A DNA stretch of 64,000 nt from contig MCFH01000098.1 in assembly GCA_002104945.1 (NCBI GenBank), forward strand, positions 1 to 64,000, given 5' to 3'. Positions 57,201-64,000 of this stretch are shown one piece after another. Each line of letters opens with the position of its first letter. Position 1 is the stretch's first letter. Below the pieces are notes generated by a model. It saw nothing but the letters and a program-made list of their open reading frames with translations. It did not search any database and was not told the origin of the DNA. A program made the translations under genes and the position numbers. This stretch comes from Piromyces finnis finn (lineage: Eukaryota; Fungi; Neocallimastigomycota).

Positions 57201-58843
57201 TCTGGAATTTCTACAATATTTTCTCTAACATCTTCACCACTATTTTCATCATTTGAAAGAACACTACATACAATATACTTTTGAACATTCTTTTTATTTA
57301 ATTTTAAATTTTTACTACATTTCTTTTTAATACATGAATTTTTATTTTTATCTATAATTTTTCTATTTTCTTTATTCCTAATTTCACTTTCTCTAATTTT
57401 TAAACTATTCTTATAATTGTTAAGTATTTCTTGTACGAGTTCCTTTTCTTTTCTTCTTTCTTCTTCTTTGGCCAATTGCGCTTCTTGATTTCTTCTTTTC
57501 ATGTCTTCTGGAGTAGCACAGCAATTCAAAGAACAGAATTCGGATTTGAATTCAAGAGTTTGATCCTTAAAGCTAATTGTAGGATCGTGTTTTCTTAACC
57601 AATTCTTACCCAGAATGACAGAAATACCAGAAGGAAGATCAGTAAGGTAGAATTGAATGGATTCTTTATGATTCTTGATGTTCATGATTAAAGGAATTGT
57701 TTCATACTTCAAGAATCCATTACCACCTATACCTTCAACAAACTTATCCTTAAACATTCTTTGGAATGGGATCTTGTACTTGTCCACGGCTTTCCAATCC
57801 AAAAAGTCTAAGTCCGAACCAGAATCCACAAGAGCCTTAAGATACACTCCATTATTGACTTGTAATAGAATGTCATAAACATTTAACATTCTTCTTCCAG
57901 CGGTAGTAGCTATAAACGCTTTTGGTCTATTTATAACCTTATCCTTAAGTTGAGGACAATCCTTCTTAATATGTCCAGTCCTTTTGCAGAAGAAACATTT
58001 TCTAGGCTTAGCTGAGGTAGTGGGGCTTTCTTGGTCTACATAATTTCTATATTTTACACCATAAGAGAGGTACCTTGATCCTAAGTCTCTGTTATATCTT
58101 CGGTTCTTCTTTCCGTCGACATCCATAGGATCTTTTCCAAAGACTTTCCATTCTAATTCTACATTGGCAGCAACGACATTAATTAACTCAGTTAACTTCC
58201 TAATTCTTGGGTAAAGGAGCTTAGCTTTTTCCTTGACTGAAGTTGGTAAACCTTCCATAAAGAAATGGATTTTCGCTTCATCGTTAAAAGACGAGTCTCT
58301 AGCCATCTTTTCAAATTCTTCGCAGTAGTCCATGACGTTCTTGAATTGACTTGACTTCAATTTTGCAAGTCGACTGTTGGCTACATCGGCACTGTTACAG
58401 GTTTTATAGCGAGCCTTCATTGCCTCAATAAAATCTTCATAGGAGTTCAACAAGGGGCTTTCTTCTCTTTCCAAGTCGGCAAACCATTCGGCGGCGGTTC
58501 CTTCCAGGTAGCATCCCAAGATATCCAGCTTGTAGGCGTTGGTAGCATCTTCTTCTAAGTTATATTTGAAATATTTCTCCAATCTTGCCAGGAAGTAAAG
58601 AAGTTCACTTCTTTTTCCTGAAAATCTTGGAGGTTTTGGGATGAGTCTTCCCCTGGTGTTAACGCTTTTACCAGTCTCATCCTCAATGTCCATCATGGAA
58701 CTCGCCTCAGAGCCTGCGTCACTGGCTCCAGCTATTCCATCGTCACGGTTGTCTAACATTCTATATCTAGTATTCATATTACTACTTAATAAACAACAAA
58801 TAGTCAACCAATATTTAATATCCCAATTATTTATACTATTCAA
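54275..58843 (-). CDS. gag-pol: D Gag-Pol with degenerate chromodomain
   Basis: CFFCKRTGHIKKDC, LVDSGS, YIDD, ETDAS, integrase core, YYFMVWK...STW. Track start is TTG; first ATG at 58777. Confidence 0.96.
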   Translation of the reverse strand: MNSINNWDIKYWLTICCLLSSNMNTRYRMLDNRDDGIAGASDAGSEASSMMDIEDETGKSVNTRGRLIPKPPRFSGKRSELLYFLARLEKYFKYNLEEDATNAYKLDILGCYLEGTAAEWFADLEREESPLLNSYEDFIEAMKARYKTCNSADVANSRLAKLKSSQFKNVMDYCEEFEKMARDSSFNDEAKIHFFMEGLPTSVKEKAKLLYPRIRKLTELINVVAANVELEWKVFGKDPMDVDGKKNRRYNRDLGSRYLSYGVKYRNYVDQESPTTSAKPRKCFFCKRTGHIKKDCPQLKDKVINRPKAFIATTAGRRMLNVYDILLQVNNGVYLKALVDSGSDLDFLDWKAVDKYKIPFQRMFKDKFVEGIGGNGFLKYETIPLIMNIKNHKESIQFYLTDLPSGISVILGKNWLRKHDPTISFKDQTLEFKSEFCSLNCCATPEDMKRRNQEAQLAKEEERRKEKELVQEILNNYKNSLKIRESEIRNKENRKIIDKNKNSCIKKKCSKNLKLNKKNVQKYIVCSVLSNDENSGEDVRENIVEIPDVYKEFENVFDEVECNELPPHRIYDCKIRLKDKDNLFYGPLYPLTEEERNTLKEYISENLEKGFIRPSTSPAGAPVLFVRKKDGTLRLCVDYRRLNENTIRDSYPLPLISELFDRLREAKVFTKLDLKSAYNLVRINEGDEYKTAFRTRFGHFEYLVMPFGLKNAPATFQHFINDVLGEYLDEFAFSYIDDILIYSKNLEEHRKHVKKVLQRLKENGLYAKLSKCEFETSETTFLGHVISDKGISMDPKKVKAIMEWPVPTSVKEVQSFIGLCNYYRRFIPNFASIAKPLHNLTKKDVNFHWPEECNEAFCILKKFFTEEPILIHADPELPFVVETDASNFAIGAVLSQRLPDNNELHPICYYSRGLTKSEKNYPIYDKELLAVIEALKQWRHYLEGAKHQFMIYTDHKNLTFPRKPELLSQRQIRWNLFLTRYDFKIQYRPGKEGGKPDAFSRRPDYEEDKSNKEDEEAYSCLTVKEIEDTLCLVSIQGNLKEDLIKEIKEDEEIKELINILQGKSTASKKYKKLMKNFKLSEEGILLYKSLIYVPKKMRDIIISMHHDNPIHGHFGIIKTKELITRNFVWINMTQDIVKFIASCKVCGAAKVDRHRPYGLLQPLPTPERPWSSVSMDFITDLPKSKEKTVIMVVVDRLTKMAHFIPFRMIPTAQIAADVFFREVFRLHGLPDEIISDRGTQFTSEFWQRLCTLLNIKHNISSAHHPQTDGQTERVNSILEQFLRCYINKRKDNWMNLLPYAEFAYNNTLQQSINQTPFFANYGQNPRFSTEIPADSDNRRANRHASQMQDNIKFLKKNLEKAKKRYKKYADCIRLIGPKLKVGDLVWLKRPDLLPKGPPKLTNKKLGPFKIIEKTGPVSYKLELPESLRCHPVFHISNLEPYVEREVEVNESTSRIPNIATDSAEGRIPFKIVSEKVINGTKYYFMVWKNLLPSESTWLKEDEIDDPQLIQEYLKYKSLRGST

Positions 58844-59251
58844 CTTGACTATTCCTAATTATTTTATTCTTATATTCTTATATTAAATAAATAATTTAAC
58901 AACCTTATTATTATACTATACTAACCTTTTTATTATTTACTACTACTAAACTAACAACTAGTTATTAACCAAACTAATATATTTTTATTATTACTATTTA
59001 TTGATTATTAACTATTAAACTATTTTAACAACAAATTATTCTATACCAAATAATTATAAAATACCCCGAAATTAACTAAAATTAATTTCTAACAAAAAAA
59101 AAATTTTTTTTTTTTTTTTTTAATATTAATATTTTTTATATAATCCCCGAATTTAATCTATTATTAAATTCTCACTATAATTAATTATTAATTTTTTTTT
59201 TTTTTTTTTCTATTACTATTCGTATACAAAGGTGAACTTTCTATTCTAATA

Positions 59252-59262
59252 AGTTGGAAAAT
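59252..59262 (-). promoter_or_regulatory. D self-priming PBS (ATTTTCCAACT)
   Basis: Exact complement of LTR 59541-59531 (AGTTGGAAAAT); TATAAATA at 59577-59570. Confidence 0.82.
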
Positions 59263-60107
59263 TGTAAAATATTCTAAAGTTCAGGTTTGTATACAACACT
59301 AAACTAACAATTAAACTAATTATTTTTAATAATAATTTTTATTTATTTATTTATTTATTTTTAAAACTATACTAACTAAACAACCGTTGATTACTTTACC
59401 GTGAAGGATATTTTACCAGAGCCCTCACTAGGTAATCAATTTATATTTATTTAAAACTAAAATTATTAATCTAAACTATAAACTAATTATAAACTAATGT
59501 TAATTTATCTAAACAAAATTAACCTATACGATTTTCCAACTATCGTTTCAATAGTTGAAAAATTTTCTTTATTTATACTTTTTAAATAAATTGAATAAAT
59601 TCTAATATACATGTTTTAATATTATAATTTTACATTGTTTATATTTATACATTTATTAAAAGAAATTATTTGTATTAAATTATTTAAATTCAATTTATTT
59701 ACTAAAGAATTTTCTAAACTTAAAATAAAGTTTTGATTTTTTTACTATATGGTTGATTATATTTCAAACATATATTCAATTTATTTATTTCTAATTTTGA
59801 GGCTTAGTTTATAAAAAAAATTTTTTATTATCTAAATTATTTATTGGTTAAAATTTATTTAATTTAAAATTTTATTCTATCATCAAAAACTTTATCTTAT
59901 CATAAAATTAAATTTACATAAATTTATGTTAATGTATTGTAATACATTATTTTATCGTAACTTTAGATTTCACATAGATTTATGTTAATGTATTGTGATA
60001 TAAATTTTGTAAAGATTTACGGTACATTAATTCAATACATTGTACATTATTTTAAATACGTATTAAATACATTATTCTATTAATACAATATTTTACAGTA
60101 TCATTGT

Positions 60108-63100
60108 TGTAACGAATCATAGAAATTAGTAACCTGTCTTAGTGGTTAGTAACTAAGACCTTGGTTTGAACTACTCGAGTTCGAAACCTCATTAATATCT
60201 TTTTTTAATTATTAAAATATTTTATAACGAAATTTTACCAAAGAAGATAATTTCTGATTGGCTTAAAAAATTAAGTTGTAAAATTTTTATAAATTTACTT
60301 TTAAAAATTTTTATATAAATACGAGTGAAATTTCTCAAAAAAATTATTTTTAATTCGAGTTTTTATTAACAAAAAAATTTTATAATAAAAATAAAATTAT
60401 TAAACACTAACCTGTTATAATTTTGTTAAGTGTTCAATAATAAAATTTTTATTTGCTTTTATTATTTTCCTTTTTATATATTTGTGTTTTTATTTATTGA
60501 ACATTAGTTCTTTACAATAAAAACTCCTAAAATATATAATAACACCTTAGTGTTTAAAAAAGGAAGAATTTTTAATTTATTAAAAAATTAAGTAAGTCAG
60601 TGAAGCTTATTTTAACAATAAGGGTACTGAAAACAAAAGTAAAACCCACAGTTATTATAAGGGGAGCGCCAGGACGCTTAATTTAATAATAAAGAAAAAA
60701 TTCATTTTCTAATAAAACGTTTTCTACTTTTAATAAATAAAATTAAATTTTATTTATTATTTTTTGAAAAATATAATAAAATAACAAAGAAGTTAGGATT
60801 CAATAACTCCCTTAGCGTGGATAGTTGGACACCTATACGTAATACTTTGTTGTTTAGATATTATTAATAATCGGGGAATTAAACCTATTTTTTTCTTTCC
60901 GCTTAATTAAGTAAGTGACAATAAAGAAACTAATACCGTTAATTCCTTTTATTGAAAATTTTCATTTCCAATATTAACAATTGATAATATCTACGTTATC
61001 AACAAAGAGCTACAAGGGACCTAGTATTGAATACTAATAAAATTAAATATTTGATGGTCCAATACTATTTAATTTGACTCTTTGTCTATATTTAAAATAT
61101 TTTAATCAATAAATAATAATAAAGATTTAATTTTTTTTTTTTTTTCTTTCTTAATTTCTTCAAACATAACTTTATCTTATTTACATAATTTTTATTTTCA
61201 AACAATTATATTTTTTAATTCTAATGGAAGGACAAATATTTGATAACGCCTCACTAAAAGACGGTTTCGCAGGAGACAGAAAATATCTCAAAGGTTTCTT
61301 AGCCAAAATAGAACTTGTTTTTCTCCTTTATCCCGAAAGATATCAAGATGAAGAGAGCAAGGTTATCTACCTGATTTCTCGCCTTTATGGAAATGCATTA
61401 AATTGGGCCGCTACGCTTATTGACAACCATGATCCATGTCTGACCAACTACCAAGCATTCAAGGAAAGACTAAAGGCATTCTACGGGAACAATGATGCAG
61501 TCTACGTAGCCAATCAAATGCTACGTACTCTCAAGCAACATCGTTTGGGCGGCATCAGAGGATACATCCTTGAATTTAACAAATACTCTGATGAATCTAA
61601 CTGGAATGAAGAGGCTAAGATGGATGCTTTTATCGCTGGGCTCAACCAAGAAGTTGCAATGAAGATATTAGAGATGTTCCCAGGACCAAGAGATTTGTTT
61701 TCCCTCCAAACTATTGCAGCTAGAATAGACTCCAGACTTGCTACCAGGGGATTATTTTTTGACAAAAATTCTAAGGGACCAAGTTCTAATTCCAGCAATG
61801 GCTCCAGAAAGGCTTCCACAAATCTAAAAGAACATCCCAAGAAGAAAAGATCCTTTGGTCCGTTATCCAAGGAAGAAAAAGAAAGAAGAAGTAAGGAAAA
61901 CTTATGTGTCTATTGTGGATCTCCAGGACACCAACTGAAAGATTGTCATAAGAGAAGAAATAAAAACTCAGCATTCGAATCTTTAGTTTCTCTACAAAAT
62001 AATTCTACCAATTCCAAGAAAAAGCAACAAGATAGGGTAACCTCAGATTTTAAATTATCGTTTGAACTAGACACAAAAATTCTTATAGACTCCGTTTCTA
62101 CACTTAATCTAATAGATGTCGACTATTGCAACGATCACAATATTCCCTACCACTATGAAGAAGATTTACCCAACGTATTCGGTATTGGTGGTAGCCAAAA
62201 ACTGTTCGGAGCTACTCCACCTCTTAATCTTCGCTACATGGATCACCTATGCCGTACTGTCTTTTACGTTACTGATCTACCTGTATATCCTTGTATTCTA
62301 GGTCTACGTTGGCTTAAGGAACATAATCCAAGTATTGACTTTGAAAATAATAAATTATCTTTTGGTTCTTCATATTGCTTGGATCATTGTATGACTCTCC
62401 CTTCGAATGTTCCCGAATTCCATCAGGAAACTTCTGTTTTTTCTACTGATTGCAATAACTCTTCTTCCGTTTCTTTGCCTATTTTTATTGACAAATCTAA
62501 ATCTTCTTTTTCAAATTCTAAGTTATCTCATTCTCGTAATCCCAAAGAAAATCATTCTAAATCCGTCTTAATTAACAATGAATCTGTTAACGATCCTTTA
62601 TCACAAGAGACTTGTACTGTCATGGCTTCTAATATATCTCTTTCTAAAGTTGACACTTATTCACCAAAAAACTCTCTTAAAGACTCAAATCCTATTACTA
62701 AACTTCCGAAGGAATTAGAATCATATATGGACGTCTTTAGCGAATCTTCTGCTGATCAATTACCACCTCATCGTCCTTATGATTGCCAAATAAACCTAAT
62801 CGAAAATGCCAAGCTATTTTATGGACCAATCTACCCACTAACAGACGAAGAAACAAGAGTTTTGAAGGATTATATCGATGAAAACCTCAAAAAGGGTTTC
62901 ATTAGGAAATCCAAATCTCCTGCTGGTGCGCCTGTACTTTTCGTCCCTAAAAAGAATGGTGAACTCCGTCTTTGTCAAGATTATAGGGAACTCAACAAAA
63001 TTACCATTAGAGATTCCTATCCTCTACCTCTGATTCAAGATATGCTAGAGCATCTTGGTAAAGCGAAAATCTTCTCAAAATTGGATTTACGATCAGCATA

Positions 63101-64000
63101 TAACTTGGTCCGAATCAAAAAGGGTGATGAATATAAAACAGCTTTCACCTGCAAATTCGGCCACTTTGAATACCTGGTAATGCCATTCGGACTGAAAAAC
63201 GCCCCGGCTGTTTTTCAGCATTTTATCAATGATGTTCTGGAAAATATTCTAGGGATTTTTGTTTATTCATATATTGACGATTTAATTATTTTTTCTGAAA
63301 ACCATAAATTCCACATTAAGCACGTTATCGAAGTCCTGGATCGCTTAAGAAATGCTGGTCTTTATGCTAAGCTTGAAAAGTGTGAATTCTTTGTTTCCTC
63401 TATTGATTTCCTTGGTCATCGGATATCCTCTGAAGGTGTACATATGGACCCCAATAAAGTTTCTGCTATTATTAATTGGCCAGTTCCGTCCAGTGTCAAG
63501 GAAGTTCAATCTTTTATTGGCCTAGCCAACTACTATCGTCGGTTTATTCCTAATTTTGCCAAAGTTGCACAACCCCTTCACAGACTACTTCGTAAAAACG
63601 TTAAATTTGATTTTTCCTCTGAAGCTCTTGATGCATTTAATACCATTAAATCATTAATTTCATCTGCTCCCATCCTGTCTCATCCAAATCGTGATCTTCC
63701 CTTTATTGTTGAAACCGACTCTAGCAACTTTGCTATAGGAGCAGTTCTGTCTCAAAAATCTCCTGATGATAAAATGATCCATCCTGTCGCTTTCTATTCA
63801 AGATCTCTTACTTCCGCTGAAAGAAACTATCCTATATACGATAAAGAACTTTTAGCTATTGTTAATGCTCTTGAGACTTGGCGACATTTTCTCAAAGGTG
63901 CTTTAACCCCGTTTACTATTTATTCAGATCATCGAAACTTACTATATCAAAAGAAACCGGAAAAAATGTCACAACGTCTCGTTCGTTGGGCCCTTTTCCT
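60108..64000 (+). mobile_element. Chromovirus B3, 5' part (continues beyond the window)
   Basis: 5' LTR 60108-60516, PBS 60517-60526, leader and ORF collinear with B1/B2. Confidence 0.95.
61224..64000 (+). CDS. gag-pol: B3 Gag-Pol, partial (open at window end), protease DSV
   Basis: ATG at 61224; collinear with the B1 ORF; absent from the track presumably because no stop occurs in the window; GAC TCC GTT at 62088-62096. Confidence 0.88.
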   Translation, partial: MEGQIFDNASLKDGFAGDRKYLKGFLAKIELVFLLYPERYQDEESKVIYLISRLYGNALNWAATLIDNHDPCLTNYQAFKERLKAFYGNNDAVYVANQMLRTLKQHRLGGIRGYILEFNKYSDESNWNEEAKMDAFIAGLNQEVAMKILEMFPGPRDLFSLQTIAARIDSRLATRGLFFDKNSKGPSSNSSNGSRKASTNLKEHPKKKRSFGPLSKEEKERRSKENLCVYCGSPGHQLKDCHKRRNKNSAFESLVSLQNNSTNSKKKQQDRVTSDFKLSFELDTKILIDSVSTLNLIDVDYCNDHNIPYHYEEDLPNVFGIGGSQKLFGATPPLNLRYMDHLCRTVFYVTDLPVYPCILGLRWLKEHNPSIDFENNKLSFGSSYCLDHCMTLPSNVPEFHQETSVFSTDCNNSSSVSLPIFIDKSKSSFSNSKLSHSRNPKENHSKSVLINNESVNDPLSQETCTVMASNISLSKVDTYSPKNSLKDSNPITKLPKELESYMDVFSESSADQLPPHRPYDCQINLIENAKLFYGPIYPLTDEETRVLKDYIDENLKKGFIRKSKSPAGAPVLFVPKKNGELRLCQDYRELNKITIRDSYPLPLIQDMLEHLGKAKIFSKLDLRSAYNLVRIKKGDEYKTAFTCKFGHFEYLVMPFGLKNAPAVFQHFINDVLENILGIFVYSYIDDLIIFSENHKFHIKHVIEVLDRLRNAGLYAKLEKCEFFVSSIDFLGHRISSEGVHMDPNKVSAIINWPVPSSVKEVQSFIGLANYYRRFIPNFAKVAQPLHRLLRKNVKFDFSSEALDAFNTIKSLISSAPILSHPNRDLPFIVETDSSNFAIGAVLSQKSPDDKMIHPVAFYSRSLTSAERNYPIYDKELLAIVNALETWRHFLKGALTPFTIYSDHRNLLYQKKPEKMSQRLVRWALF

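Larger units (their letters stand above)
53429..60097 (-). mobile_element. Ty3/Gypsy element D, full length, inserted in the copia fragment
   Basis: 835-bp LTRs at 53429-54263 and 59263-60097 (identical by eye); TSD GTATC at 53424-53428 and 60098-60102; PPT aagaagaggggca at 54264-54276. Confidence 0.97.

Noticed and set aside
3761-62301. Many 60-120 aa ORFs overlapping or antisense to gag-pol or lying in LTRs (e.g. 9679-10035, 12683-12961, 23764-24024, 58641-58886)
   Set aside because: Shadow frames of coding sequence or AT-rich noise; they recur only because the elements are duplicated.

Overview
This window is very AT-rich eukaryotic DNA, and I can support no cellular gene, rRNA, tRNA or CRISPR array in it. 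Essentially all 64 kb is a nested cluster of LTR retrotransposons. A fungal host is likely; an anaerobic gut fungus (Neocallimastigomycota) is my inference from composition and element types only. The letters below are my labels. Three Ty3/Gypsy chromodomain elements look intact, with paired LTRs, 5-bp TSDs and single gag-pol ORFs: A1 (1854-8066), B1 (8278-14408) and D (53429-60097). Further near-complete copies are B2, B3 (runs off the window), A2 (one nonsense codon) and G (separate gag and pol with a -1 frameshift cassette, decayed). There are also truncated Gypsy pieces (A3, J, F, an X-linked gag, an A-related pol), a Ty1/Copia RT-RNaseH fragment, several solo LTRs and a 4-copy tandem LTR array. 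The most notable observations: (i) five LTR families lack a tRNA PBS and instead each carry an own 10-11 nt self-complementary primer/PBS pair, with a TATA box 35-42 nt upstream (Tf1-type self-priming); (ii) specific families recurrently sit within 5-15 bp of the LTR ends of a specific partner family (B next to D, Y next to X); (iii) a 559-bp GC-richer poly(A)-tailed insert with a 12-13 bp TSD and a Pol III B-box, a candidate SINE or 5'-truncated LINE. All alignments were done by eye, so boundaries not anchored by a TSD may be off by several bases.
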